The notes under the pieces: model-generated
Databases searched by the model: none
Told to the model about the DNA's origin: nothing
The model's input: the letters and a program-made list of their open reading frames with translations, nothing else
Origin: Pseudomonadota bacterium
GTDB taxonomy: Bacteria; Pseudomonadota; Gammaproteobacteria; Acidiferrobacterales; UBA6901
Direction of reading: 5' to 3'
Assembly: GCA_021790335.1 (NCBI GenBank)
Contig: JAJYEE010000010.1
Span: 1,715 to 65,714, forward strand
Length of the DNA stretch: 64,000 bases
Made by a program: the position numbers and the translations under genes
Shown: in pieces, positions 1 to 11,104 of the stretch
Position numbering within the stretch: position 1 is the first letter of the stretch
Layout of the letters: each line of letters opens with the position of its first letter

Positions 1-35
1 CCACTCGATTCCAGCCTTGGCGCGCGGGCCTATTG

Positions 36-611
36 ATGGCAGTAGCGACAGGATTATTCTGGCATGATGTTCTTCACGCTGCGGAGAATGCGGACATGCA
101 ACTTCCACAGATCGCACCAGGTTTCGACCAGCCACTCTGGATGTTGCGCGCCTGTCACACGCGCATTCTGCGACAATGTGACAGCCTGATCCACCTGGCA
201 CAACACCTCGCTGGTAAAGGCGTTACCATTGAGGCGCGTGAAACCGCCAATCAGGTGCGTCGATACTTTTCAAGCGCTGGGAAACAACACCACGAAGATG
301 AAGAACAAGACCTGTTTCCGGTGCTGCTTACCGTGCGCCCAGACCTGGCGGACAGCATCCACGAACTTGGGCTGGAGCACCGTGAAATGGAACATTTGTG
401 GGTGCGGCTCGAACCAATGCTGGCCGACATCGGCTCGATAAGCGACATCGCGGCATTCACTCATGCTGTCCTTCAGTTCCGGGCAGCCTACCTCTCTCAC
501 ATGGAACGCGAGAACTCGCAGATCCTGCCGGCGGCACAAGAAGCCATGTCGGCCACCGAACTCAGCGCGCTGGGCGCACGGATGGCACGTCGCCGCGGCG
601 TCAGCCTGTGA
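36..611 (+). CDS. hemerythrin-like (HHE cation-binding) domain protein
   Basis: ORF track 33..611 (TTG at 33, ATG at 36). It contains KQHHEDEEQDLFP and a second His/Glu-rich half (HLWVRLE, SHMERE), typical of hemerythrin HHE domains. The 3' end overlaps convergent waaA by 11 nt. Confidence 0.7.
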   Translation: MAVATGLFWHDVLHAAENADMQLPQIAPGFDQPLWMLRACHTRILRQCDSLIHLAQHLAGKGVTIEARETANQVRRYFSSAGKQHHEDEEQDLFPVLLTVRPDLADSIHELGLEHREMEHLWVRLEPMLADIGSISDIAAFTHAVLQFRAAYLSHMERENSQILPAAQEAMSATELSALGARMARRRGVSL

Positions 612-1923
612 TCAGCATCTCGAGCAGCACAAGAGTTCTCTGCAGTGCGCCCCGATTTTCCTCTACCATCTTTCGTCCGGATTCTCCGGCATTGAACCGC
701 AAATCCGCGTTCGCGAGGTAGGCAGCAACGGCTGCACCCATCTCGCCGCTGTCGCGCACCCGCCTGCCGGCACCGCGCTCGACCACAAGACGGGCGATCT
801 CCGAGAAATTGAACATATGCGGACCGAACACCACGGCGATACCTGCCGCTGCCGGCTCAAGCAGGTTGTGCCCTCCGGCTGGCACCAGACTGCCGCCGAC
901 AAACGCTACATCCGCCGCAGCATAAAGAAGCGGCAGCTCCCCCATGGTGTCGCCGACCAAGATGTCGACGCCGGTCGATAGGCCTACATCACGCTCGCTG
1001 CGAAGTGCGATGGCGAGGCCGGTGCGTCGGCACAGGCGGGTCACATTCGCAAAGCGCTCGGGATGCCTCGGTACAAGTACCAGCAGCAGGTCCGGAAATC
1101 GCTCCCTCAGCAACTGAAACTGTTCCAGAACAAGCTCGTCCTCGCCTTCGCGCGTGCTAGCAGCGATCCACACCGGGCGCTGCGCCCCCCATTGTCGGCG
1201 CAGCGCCTGCGCCTGTTCGCGCAGACTTGCCGGTGGACTGATCTCGAACTTCATGCTGCCCGTGACCTGAACCCGCTCTGGGTCGGCGCCGAGCGTCCGC
1301 AGGCGCGCCGCGTCCGCTTCCGACTGGGCCGCGAACAGCCTTACATGCGAGAGCGTGGCACGCGTCAGCCCAGGGAAGCGCAAGTAGCGGTGCATCGATT
1401 TTTCCGACATGCGGACGTTGGCGACGACAACGGGCACCGCGCGCGCATCGCAACCGTAAAACAAATTCGGCCACAGTTCCGTTTCCATGACGAGCGCAAG
1501 CCGGGGCCGCGTACACTCGAGAAAGCGCGCCACAGCGGAGGGCAGGTCATAAGGAAGATAGCAGTGCGCGACACGGGCACCGAAAAGTTCGTGTACCTGT
1601 ACAGATCCGGTGGGCGTCATGGTCGTGATGAGAATACGCTGTCCGGGGAAACGCTGTTCCAGCGCTGTCACCAGCGGTACCGCCGCGCGGACTTCGCCAA
1701 CGGATACCGCATGCACCCATAACGTCCCTTGCGGAAGGCGTGCTACAAATCCGAAGCGCTCATTCCAGCGATGCCAGTAGCCGCGATTGCGCATACCGCG
1801 CAGCAGCAAGCGAATCAGGACCGCCGGCACCAGCAGATAGAGCAACAGCGAGTAAAGTCTTCTTGTCACGTGTGTCTTGGCACGGCAGCGGAAATTGGCA
1901 CCTATTGTACACGTTACCGACAC
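601..1923 (-). CDS. waaA: 3-deoxy-D-manno-octulosonic acid (Kdo) transferase
   Basis: 440-aa ORF. The N-terminus (LYLLVPAVLIRLLLRG..YWHRWNERFGF...LWVHAVSVGEV) matches the WaaA/KdtA pattern seen in E. coli (RKRWGERYGF...HSVSVGET). The true start may be the in-frame GTG at 1869, which would give 422 aa. Confidence 0.9.
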   Translation of the reverse strand: MSVTCTIGANFRCRAKTHVTRRLYSLLLYLLVPAVLIRLLLRGMRNRGYWHRWNERFGFVARLPQGTLWVHAVSVGEVRAAVPLVTALEQRFPGQRILITTMTPTGSVQVHELFGARVAHCYLPYDLPSAVARFLECTRPRLALVMETELWPNLFYGCDARAVPVVVANVRMSEKSMHRYLRFPGLTRATLSHVRLFAAQSEADAARLRTLGADPERVQVTGSMKFEISPPASLREQAQALRRQWGAQRPVWIAASTREGEDELVLEQFQLLRERFPDLLLVLVPRHPERFANVTRLCRRTGLAIALRSERDVGLSTGVDILVGDTMGELPLLYAAADVAFVGGSLVPAGGHNLLEPAAAGIAVVFGPHMFNFSEIARLVVERGAGRRVRDSGEMGAAVAAYLANADLRFNAGESGRKMVEENRGALQRTLVLLEMLITG

Positions 1924-2147
1924 GCTCTACGGCCGATCGCCGGCTTCCCAGGGAAGAGCCCCCAACACCCCGGAGCCCGCTTGACCCGGCGCGGGCTTGC
2001 CTACTTTGCGCGGTATGCATTGCCCGGGGATGCACCACGGTGTCGCCCTGAAAACGGCGTTCGTGCCGCATCTAGATTGTGCTGGTCCCGGGCCCCGGCC
2101 TTTCAGGTCAATTCAGAAAGCTCCGAGACATGCGAATTTCTGCATGG

Positions 2148-2183
2148 CCTTACCGGAACCATTGGGTAATGGAATCGGTAAGG
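2148..2183. other. nested stem-loop in the waaA upstream gap
   Basis: The sequence ccttaccg-gaa-ccatt-gggt-aatgg-aat-cggtaagg forms an 8-bp outer stem and a 5-bp inner stem. It lies inside a gap of about 530 nt with no credible ORF. Confidence 0.4.
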
Positions 2184-2450
2184 TTCGTATCTGCATTATG
2201 CGGCACGCGGACTGAGACGGAAGAGACAGGGTGCCGATGGTCCGAGCAGGCTAGGACAACGCGGCGGCTGAGCCCTGACTGACCTCTTGAAATCTCCGGA
2301 AATTTTGGCTGCCCTTAGGCCGAAGGTCCGGACGAGTACACCCGGGAGAAACCCTGCAATGCCGCATGGAGGCGGTATGAACGGGCGCCTCTGGTTTGCC
2401 ACGGATGGTGATCCAATGACTGGCAGGCAGAAATGTCGCCCGCCTTTCGG

Positions 2451-2684
2451 TCATTCATCCGCTCTCAATACGTACACTGCGCCGCAATAAGGACAGCGCG
2501 CCTCGCGACTCTCCTCGAGAGGCAGGTAAACTCGCGGGTGCGAATTCCACAGGCTCATGCCTTCCATAGGACAGTGCAGCGGCAGGTCTGCCTGGGTCAC
2601 TTCATAGCGGTTCTGGGCGTTAGCCTGGATCTCTCTTGAGTTCGGCACCCGCTGGGGAGCGCCTGTTCCGTGCATTTCCGCCAT
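2451..2684 (-). CDS. small zinc-finger (zf-CHCC-like) protein
   Basis: ORF 2451..2720, with the probable start at ATG 2684, 11 nt after the ilvE stop. The C-terminus LHCPMEG...CPYCGAVYVL carries a Cys/His zinc-ribbon signature. A small protein of this kind commonly follows ilvE in beta- and gammaproteobacteria. Confidence 0.6.
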   Translation of the reverse strand: MAEMHGTGAPQRVPNSREIQANAQNRYEVTQADLPLHCPMEGMSLWNSHPRVYLPLEESREARCPYCGAVYVLRADE

Positions 2685-2695
2685 GGCCGTATCTC

Positions 2696-3622
2696 TCAGT
2701 CGCCTACCGCAGTGAGCCACTCGCGAAACGCCGCGCGGCGTCCGTGTACCTGGTCAAAATACAGCGCCTGTAGCCGCTCCGTTACCGGGCCGCGGCTACC
2801 GGATCCGATGCTGCGCCCATCAAGCTCACGGATCGGAGTCACTTCGGCGGCGGTGCCGGTAAAGAACGCCTCGTCGGCAATGTACACTTCGTCTCGCGTG
2901 ATGCGCTTCTCCCGTACTGGCACTCCGATCTCCGCCGCCAGTTTGAAAATTGTGTCGCGCGTGATGCCGTCCAGGGCAGAAGTCAGCTCGGGAGTAAAAA
3001 GCGTGCCATCACGCACGATGAATACGTTCTCGCCACTGCCCTCCGACACGTAGCCTTCGGTGTCTAGCAGCAGCGCCTCATCAGCGCCGGAGGATATCGC
3101 CTCGCGCAAGGCGAGCATGGAGTTCATGTAGTTGCCGTTTGCCTTGGCGCGGCACATCGCGATGTTCACATGATGCCGGTTATATGAAGACGTACGGACC
3201 CGGATGCCCTTTCGCTGTCCTTCATCGCCGAGGTAGGCACCCCAGGTCCAGGCAGCTACGATGACATGCACCTTGAGATTATCGGCACGCAGCCCCATCC
3301 CTTCCGATCCATAGAAGCACATAGGCCGTATATATGCCGACTCGAGCCGGTTCTCACGCACCGCGGCACGCACCGCGGAATCGAGCGTCAGCTTGTCGTA
3401 GGGCATGGGCATATCGAGAATGTGCGCCGAGCGGAACAGGCGGTCTATATGGGCGTCCAGGCGGAAAATCGCAGTCCCACGTTCGGTCTTATAGGCGCGT
3501 ATTCCCTCGAATATGCCCATTCCGTAATGCAAGGTATGGGTTAGGACATGGGTCGTCGCCTCGCGCCAGGGAACAAGCTTGCCGTCATACCAGATGACGC
3601 CGTCACGGTCAGCCATAGACAT
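2696..3622 (-). CDS. ilvE: branched-chain amino acid aminotransferase
   Basis: 308 aa. The sequence MSMADRDGVIWYDGKLVPWREATTHVLTHTLHYGMGIFEGIRAY is a near-canonical IlvE (class IV aminotransferase) N-terminus. AGGAGA lies upstream of the ATG. Confidence 0.93.
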   Translation of the reverse strand: MSMADRDGVIWYDGKLVPWREATTHVLTHTLHYGMGIFEGIRAYKTERGTAIFRLDAHIDRLFRSAHILDMPMPYDKLTLDSAVRAAVRENRLESAYIRPMCFYGSEGMGLRADNLKVHVIVAAWTWGAYLGDEGQRKGIRVRTSSYNRHHVNIAMCRAKANGNYMNSMLALREAISSGADEALLLDTEGYVSEGSGENVFIVRDGTLFTPELTSALDGITRDTIFKLAAEIGVPVREKRITRDEVYIADEAFFTGTAAEVTPIRELDGRSIGSGSRGPVTERLQALYFDQVHGRRAAFREWLTAVGD

Positions 3623-3662
3623 CTGTTTCTTTCTCCTTCAATAAAGATATTCGCAAAAATGC

Positions 3663-6581
3663 TTAGCTTGCGGCTGGACCAGGCTCCATCGCGGCGTGCC
3701 ATATCCGTACGACCTGTCCCGGAAATTCTCCGAGTTCCCCGACAGCAACCAGTGTCTGGCGCTCCAGAAGTTTCAGCCGGTGCTCGACAGAGAGATAGCG
3801 GCGATAGGCACGGACAAGAACCTCTGCGTCGCGGGTGTCGAGCAGACCGGCACCAGCCAAAGCCTCCAACAAGTGGATATTACCCCGGTAACCAATGAGT
3901 CCAGGATATTCGTGCGCCCGCCACAGAACCCAATATTGCACCATAAATTCTATATCAATCATACCGCCTGGGTCTTGTCTTATATCAAACAGGTTTTCGG
4001 CGTGCGCGGGCACAGCCGCGCGCATGCGGGCGCGCATTTCGGCAACATCCCGTTGCAGGAGACCGGGATCGCGTTGCAGGCAGAGAACCTCTTTGCGCAC
4101 CGCGTCAAAGTTCTCGCTGAGTTCCTTGCTACCGGCTACCGGACGGGCCCGCACAAGCGCCTGATGCTCCCAGGCCCACGCCTCGCCGAGCTGGTAGCTT
4201 CGAAACGCATCCAGGCTGGTAACCAGAAGACCGCTGCCACCGCTCGGACGCAGACGCATGTCGATCTGATATAAAAATCCGGCGGGAGTGCGGGTAGCGA
4301 TGATGTGGATCAGCCGCTGCCCGAGCCGCGTGAAAAATACCTCGTTGGCCACGGCCCGAACCCCATCGGTCATACCCTCACCATGACAGCTGTCGTACAG
4401 GAATATCATGTCGAGATCGGATGCGTAACCGAGTTCGCGGCTGCCGAGCTTGCCGTAGGCGATGATGGCAAATCCCGGATGACTGGACGCTCCGGCCATG
4501 CGGCACACTGGCCGGCCGTAGCGGTCGGCCAGGCTGGTTTGCGCTAACGCCAGCGCCTGTTCAAGAACGCACTCGGCGATGTCGGCGAGTTGCAGGCTTA
4601 CCATCTCATCGTCCAGACCCGGCCCCACATCCGCGGCCGCAACCCGCAACACATACCCATGATGGAATTCCCTCAACAGATCCATCTCTGTCTCAAGATC
4701 ATCCGCCGCGCGTGCCGCCAGACGCGCCTGAAGCTCCGCACGCATAGTCGCAGGTACCAAAGGGGCGTAAAGGCTTAGTGGGTCAATCAGTTCATCGAGC
4801 AAGATCGGATGCCGGCTGATCCAGTCCGCAATCCAGGCGCTGGCAGCGCACAGTTTTACCAGTTGCGACAACGCCATGGGGTTCTCTACAAGCAGAGAAA
4901 GATAGACCGACCGACGGGCTATGGCTTCGATCAGCGTGACAACCCGGGCCAGTGTCGTCTGGGGATCAGGGCTAAGTATGACCGCACCCAGCAGCAGCGG
5001 CATCAACCGGTCGAGACGTTCGCGCCCTTCTGTGGACAGCTCGTCATATTGCCGGCTCTGACGCAGGCCCCGCAGAACCTCCAAAACGGAAGACCCGTCA
5101 CGAAAGCCGGCATGCTGCAGTCGTTGCACGGATGTCTCGTCGTCAAGAGTTGCGAGCCACACAGCCGCCAACCCGAGTCCATCTTCGGCAGGCTGACTCT
5201 GGGGCGCGGTGAAAACCTGCTCGAAATACCCATGCACCCTGAGCATGTGGCGCCTTAACTCGGCGTGGAATCCCGCCCATTCGGAAAAACCCATGGAGCT
5301 GGCCAGCCGCAGCTGCTCCACTGTATCTTCCGGCAAGACATGCGTTTGCCGGTCGTCAGCCATCTGCAGACGGTTTTCCGTGCGCCGTAAAAACACGTAC
5401 GCAGCATCCAGATCGGCCACTGCCTGGGATGTAAGATCGCCCCGCTGACCCAGAGATATCAGTATCTTTTGGATCGACCGCTCGCGCAGCGCCGCCTCGC
5501 GGCCCCCGCGAATGAGCTGAAAGGCCTGTCCGATAAATTCGATTTCGCGAATTCCTCCGGGACCAAGCTTTATGTTCTGCTCGATCCCCTTGCGCAGCAG
5601 CTCCCGCTCGATCAGGCCCTTGAGCGAGCGAATTGCCTCGAACGCGCCATAGTCAAGGTAGCGCCGGTAAACGAATGGCCGCAAGCGCTCGAGCAGCGCC
5701 GCGCCGGCCGCGCGGTCGCCCGCGACCTGGCGCGCCTTGATCAGCGCATAACGTTCCCACTCGCGGCCATGCGCTTGGTAGTACTGCTCCATTGCGTCGG
5801 CCGACAGCACCAGCGGACCGCTGGCCCCGTGCGGGCGCAATCGCATATCCACGCGAAACACCAGGCCATCGACGGTGAGTTCGCTCAGGACATCGATCAA
5901 GCTGCGTCCCAGACGGGAAAAGAACTCGTCGTTGCTGAGCAGCCGCGGACCCACCACCTCGCCTTCGCCCGTATACACGAATATGAGGTCAATGTCCGAC
6001 GAGAAATTGAGCTCTTCGCCGCCGAGCTTGCCCATGCCCAGCACAATCATGGACGCCTCCGTGCCGTCCGCGGTCAAAGGCCGGCCGGCACGCGCGACCG
6101 ACCATGCAAACAGACGCGTCAACGCGGCTTCCAGACATGCCTCGGCGAAGGCGGAAAGCTCCGTCATGACTTCGCCAAGCGGTGCCCAGCCGGCAAGGTC
6201 GCGCCAGGCTATGCGTAGCATCTCGCGCCGCCGTGCACGGCGAAACGCGGCCTTAAGTCCAGCCTCGTCCCTCGCCTCGGCGACCATCATACCCACACGG
6301 TCACTTAGGTCCTGCCCGACATACGCGCGAAACAGGTCGCCGCTGACAGCAAGTTCATCGAGCAGACTGGGGTGGGCAATACAGACACGTGCCACAAAAT
6401 CGCTTGCGGCCCAAACGCGGGGCAATGACTCGAACTGGTCCTGTGACTCCTCGGATGGCACTGCGGCTGCTGGCTGCACTTGGGCGCAATAGTCCTCCCA
6501 ATAGGCGCGGACCCGGGACTGCAAGGGCTGCGGAAGCCCGGCAAGAGCGGTATCGACGATGACGTATCGAGGATCGACCAT
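3663..6581 (-). CDS. glnE: bifunctional glutamine synthetase adenylyltransferase / adenylyl-removing enzyme
   Basis: The ORF runs 3663..6650. The likely start is ATG 6581 (MVDPRYVIVDTALAG...). There are two nucleotidyltransferase halves (GMGKLGGEELNFSSDIDLIF and AYGKLGSRELGYASDLDMIF), and the length of about 970 aa fits GlnE. Confidence 0.93.
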   Translation of the reverse strand: MVDPRYVIVDTALAGLPQPLQSRVRAYWEDYCAQVQPAAAVPSEESQDQFESLPRVWAASDFVARVCIAHPSLLDELAVSGDLFRAYVGQDLSDRVGMMVAEARDEAGLKAAFRRARRREMLRIAWRDLAGWAPLGEVMTELSAFAEACLEAALTRLFAWSVARAGRPLTADGTEASMIVLGMGKLGGEELNFSSDIDLIFVYTGEGEVVGPRLLSNDEFFSRLGRSLIDVLSELTVDGLVFRVDMRLRPHGASGPLVLSADAMEQYYQAHGREWERYALIKARQVAGDRAAGAALLERLRPFVYRRYLDYGAFEAIRSLKGLIERELLRKGIEQNIKLGPGGIREIEFIGQAFQLIRGGREAALRERSIQKILISLGQRGDLTSQAVADLDAAYVFLRRTENRLQMADDRQTHVLPEDTVEQLRLASSMGFSEWAGFHAELRRHMLRVHGYFEQVFTAPQSQPAEDGLGLAAVWLATLDDETSVQRLQHAGFRDGSSVLEVLRGLRQSRQYDELSTEGRERLDRLMPLLLGAVILSPDPQTTLARVVTLIEAIARRSVYLSLLVENPMALSQLVKLCAASAWIADWISRHPILLDELIDPLSLYAPLVPATMRAELQARLAARAADDLETEMDLLREFHHGYVLRVAAADVGPGLDDEMVSLQLADIAECVLEQALALAQTSLADRYGRPVCRMAGASSHPGFAIIAYGKLGSRELGYASDLDMIFLYDSCHGEGMTDGVRAVANEVFFTRLGQRLIHIIATRTPAGFLYQIDMRLRPSGGSGLLVTSLDAFRSYQLGEAWAWEHQALVRARPVAGSKELSENFDAVRKEVLCLQRDPGLLQRDVAEMRARMRAAVPAHAENLFDIRQDPGGMIDIEFMVQYWVLWRAHEYPGLIGYRGNIHLLEALAGAGLLDTRDAEVLVRAYRRYLSVEHRLKLLERQTLVAVGELGEFPGQVVRIWHAAMEPGPAAS

Positions 6582-6682
6582 CACTGACCCGTACTTATAT
6601 ACTGGAGCATGAGTCCCCGCCGGCAGGGGACAGCCCCGGGCATCCCGCACTGAATATCGGCCAAAAGTACAGGAGGTGAGCC

Positions 6683-7324
6683 ATGAAGCACCTGGTCAGC
6701 GAGGCTATTGAAGGTTACTGCAGGGAACATTCCACCGCCCCGTCTGCGTTGCTCCAGGAGCTGGAAGCATACACGATTGGTCATTGCGCTCAATCGCAGA
6801 TGCTGACCGGGCCCATGGAGGGCGCCCTGCTGCGCCTGCTCGTGCAGCTCACCGGGGCACGTCGGATCCTCGAGCTGGGAATGTTCACCGGCTATTCCGC
6901 GCTGACCATAGCTGAGGCGCTCCCCGAAGACGGCACGATACTGTCCTGTGACATCAATCCGGAAACCACCGCGATTGCGCAATCGTTTTTCGATCGCAGC
7001 ACACACCGCAGGAAGATCGAGGTACGTCTGGGGCCGGCACTGGAGACACTTGCGGCGTTGCAGACGGGACTAGAGTTTGATCTGGTTTTCATCGACGCAG
7101 ACAAGGAAAACTACATCCGCTACTACGAAGCCACTCTGCCGCGGCTGCGGACCGGCGGTCTGATGATTGTCGACAATGTGTTGTGGTCAGGCAAAGTTCT
7201 GCATCCGCAGCACCAGAGTGACCACGCCATCGTAGCGTTTAATGATCACATACGGAACGACCTGCGCGTGGAGAACGTCATGCTAACGGTGCGGGACGGC
7301 GTGACCTTGGCCCGGAAGCGCTGA
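6683..7324 (+). CDS. class I SAM-dependent O-methyltransferase (caffeoyl-CoA OMT-like family)
   Basis: 213 aa with AGGAGG 6 nt upstream of the ATG. The SAM-binding motif ILELGMFTGYSAL and the FIDADKENY motif are typical of the O-methyltransferase family 3. Confidence 0.85.
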   Translation: MKHLVSEAIEGYCREHSTAPSALLQELEAYTIGHCAQSQMLTGPMEGALLRLLVQLTGARRILELGMFTGYSALTIAEALPEDGTILSCDINPETTAIAQSFFDRSTHRRKIEVRLGPALETLAALQTGLEFDLVFIDADKENYIRYYEATLPRLRTGGLMIVDNVLWSGKVLHPQHQSDHAIVAFNDHIRNDLRVENVMLTVRDGVTLARKR

Positions 7325-7491
7325 CAGTCGTTACGGAATTCGCGGCACGGCCGCAAAGCCCCAGTCTGGCCGCTTTCTGCCACCCCGACCGGCAGGGCAA
7401 AAACAGGTGCATATCCGCGCTGGCACCCTGCCGGGCATGCACAATCGGGTAGCAGGCGGGGTCACCCCGCCGTCCTCCCACGCCACCGGAC

Positions 7492-7912
7492 GTGCGGGTT
7501 CTGCATTTGGCGTTCATTGAACGCACTGTTGGGAGTCGCCCGAGAATATGGACAGGGACAACATCGCCATCCGGACGCGCTTTCGATTTCCCGCGAGGAA
7601 AGCCATTGGCAATGTATTACAGTCTGCTTTCTGGCGGGTTTATTGACATGGTGGGGATCTTGCCGCTGACACACGAACTCGGTTTGCTGGGCAGACTGGG
7701 CACCTAGGATAGGTTGCATACCGCTGACGTTTACGGCCTGACCAATGACGGCTACTTCAGCGGCGTCGCCACCGGTTTGACGTATGGCGTCAGCGCCCAA
7801 TACATCCTCACCCACGCCATCGCGCTGCGATCTGGACACGTACGACGTGGGCAGCTCCTTTTCTCCCGCCCATTGCAATGTCTGGACTCTTGGGCTTTCG
7901 TATGGATTTTAA
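7492..7912 (+). pseudogene. decayed outer-membrane beta-barrel protein gene (in-frame stop plus frameshift)
   Basis: Frame-1 pieces (GFIDMVGILPLTHELGLLGRLGT*, then DVYGLTNDGYFSGVATGLTYGVSAQYIL) have the alternating aromatic/Gly pattern of beta-barrel OMPs. A switch to frame 2 near 7800 reads ...DLDTYDVGSSFSPAHCNVWTLGLSYGF*, ending in the classic OMP C-terminal Phe at 7907..7909. No single intact ORF spans the region. Confidence 0.35.
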
Positions 7913-8363
7913 GAACTGTAGCTTGCCAGTACAGTTAAGTGATCGCCCAGCAATATCAAAAAACCCGAAGCCGTCGACTCCCGGACGGTCCGAGCATTAC
8001 CAGGTTGTGGGGCGAATGGCCGCCCCTCGGCGCTAGTGGAAGACCCGGCCAGTCGGCGCGGGACGAAATCAGAATCGTTTCTATGCTCGATTTCTAACGA
8101 GCGCCAACACTTTACCCTTTACCGCAAGGTGTACAGAGCATCGGTCTGGATACCCCTTCTGGACCGGGAAAAACAACATGCCAGCGAAAGCCCCCAAACG
8201 GCGAAGTGTAAAGAGTAGAAAGCCCACCGGCCCGAAATACATCCACGCGGCCGAGATCGAGAAGCTATACGGGGCGGCCCGAGAGGGCCACTTCATCCCC
8301 TTGCCGGGCAAGCAGAGGACTTCCACCTCCGAGTGAGTGCGCCCTGCCGGGCGCACAATAAGA

Positions 8364-8391
8364 AAGGCCCCGCTTTTTTGAGCGGGGCCTT
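8364..8391 (-). terminator. GC-rich hairpin downstream of groEL (probable intrinsic terminator)
   Basis: The sequence aaggccccgc-ttttttga-gcggggcctt is a perfect 10-bp stem lying 29 nt after the groEL stop. On the minus strand it is followed by tttcttatt. Confidence 0.6.
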
Positions 8392-8419
8392 CCAGATACT
8401 AAGAGAGGCAATGCGGCGC

Positions 8420-10084
<1,665 letters not shown>

Positions 10085-10120
10085 TCACTGAGTTCGTAAA
10101 TGTTCCGGGCAGGATGAGAG

Positions 10121-10414
10121 TTACTTGCCTTCGACCACACCCATGATGTCTTCTTCACGCATCACGAGCAGTTCTTCGTCACCGACCTTTACTTCGGTAC
10201 CTGAATACTTGCCGAACAGCACTCTGTCGCCGACCTTCACGTCGAGCGGGCGTACTTGGCCGTTCTCCAGAATCTTGCCCTTGCCAGCAGCAATGACTTC
10301 GCCCTGGATGGGTTTTTCCTTGGCGGTATCTGGAATGACGATGCCGCCCGCAGTTTTGCGCTCTTCTTCCAGACGGCGCACGATGACACGGTCATGAAGT
10401 GGACGAATTTTCAC
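10121..10414 (-). CDS. groES: co-chaperonin GroES
   Basis: The ORF extends to 10453, but the GTG at 10414 ((V)[17 protein letters not shown]) gives the canonical 97-aa GroES and sits 7 nt after AGGAGA. Confidence 0.95.
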   Translation of the reverse strand: MKIRPLHDRVIVRRLEEERKTAGGIVIPDTAKEKPIQGEVIAAGKGKILENGQVRPLDVKVGDRVLFGKYSGTEVKVGDEELLVMREEDIMGVVEGK

Positions 10415-10513
10415 TGATGCTTCTCCTGGTTTCTTGGCAGATTGTGCAGTCATTGCCTTTCCTCCTGATATGTCAATGACGGGTCTAACCTTCGAGGCGA
10501 TGCGCTATTGTTA

Positions 10514-10540
10514 TTAGCACTCGCCTTAGGTGAGTGCTAA
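10514..10540 (-). promoter_or_regulatory. CIRCE operator (HrcA binding site)
   Basis: TTAGCACTC-gccttaggt-GAGTGCTAA is a perfect match to the CIRCE consensus TTAGCACTC-N9-GAGTGCTAA. It lies 100 nt upstream of the groES start. Confidence 0.9.
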
Positions 10541-10567
10541 TGATAGGGATTATGGCTTTATTGTCAA
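10540..10567 (-). promoter_or_regulatory. sigma70-type groESL promoter
   Basis: The minus strand reads TTGACA (10567..10562), 16 nt, then TATCAT (10545..10540). The -10 element abuts or overlaps CIRCE, the usual layout for HrcA-repressed promoters. Confidence 0.6.
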
Positions 10568-11068
10568 GCCCGAAGCTGTCCGCCGGCAGACAACCGGAGC
10601 CTGCAGCTTCCGGGCAGAGGGGATCGGCCGTACGAGCAAGACGCAGTTCCGTGGCTAACTGAAGATAGAACCATTTACTGCGTGGGGTGACGCCCCACCC
10701 TCGTTCTGTTGTACTGCGGCAGCAATATCCGAAAACCGATAGCTTGGCCGCCGCTCGAGGGGAAACGTTTCCCCAGATCGATTTTTTGTACGGGGTCAGA
10801 ATCCCGCGAATGCGTACAACGCCGGACGGAACGGGGAATATCGAGGCCGTCGTTACCGTCAACCCCAAGGGGCCGGTATCACAAACCAGAGCGGGATTGG
10901 GCGGGATGACTGGGAGATGAGATAACGTCTGCCCAGCCCGCGTAGTATTCAGCAGACTTAGGAGCTGGACCGGCCGGCTGCAGAAACAACACTTCGCAGG
11001 CATGGAATCGTTCTGAACTTTGAAGCGAGGGGCACTGCCGTTTTACGGGGGTTCTATCGGATTTTCAT

Positions 11069-11104
11069 AAAAAAAGGGCGACACGACGTAATGTTATGTC
11101 ACCC
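11069..11104 (-). terminator. orphan intrinsic-terminator-like hairpin + T7 tract (minus strand)
   Basis: The minus strand reads gggtgaca-(13 nt loop)-tgtcgccc-ttttttt. The single non-Watson-Crick pair is G-U on the minus strand but C-A on the plus strand, which favours minus-strand function. No minus-strand gene lies upstream of it. Confidence 0.5.

Noticed and set aside
2100-2310. Possible 6S, SRP or RNase P RNA. Local resemblance includes ctcagccg, gctcgg, gtccgga and aggtccgg
   Set aside because: When I tried to pair the putative 5' and 3' ends, no closing stem formed. The order of the conserved blocks does not match any of these RNAs, and the usual genomic context (zapA/ygfA for 6S) is absent. 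I kept it only as an unassigned structured region.
8178-8336. Calling a mobile element or integrase from the 52-codon basic ORF
   Set aside because: The ORF is too short and carries no catalytic residues. No inverted repeats, att-like duplications or tRNA are nearby. It is reported only as a possible remnant within a finding.
10485-11003. 172-aa minus-strand ORF upstream of groES
   Set aside because: It runs through the CIRCE operator and the groESL promoter. It has an implausible composition (Cys/Pro/Thr-rich) and no SD sequence.
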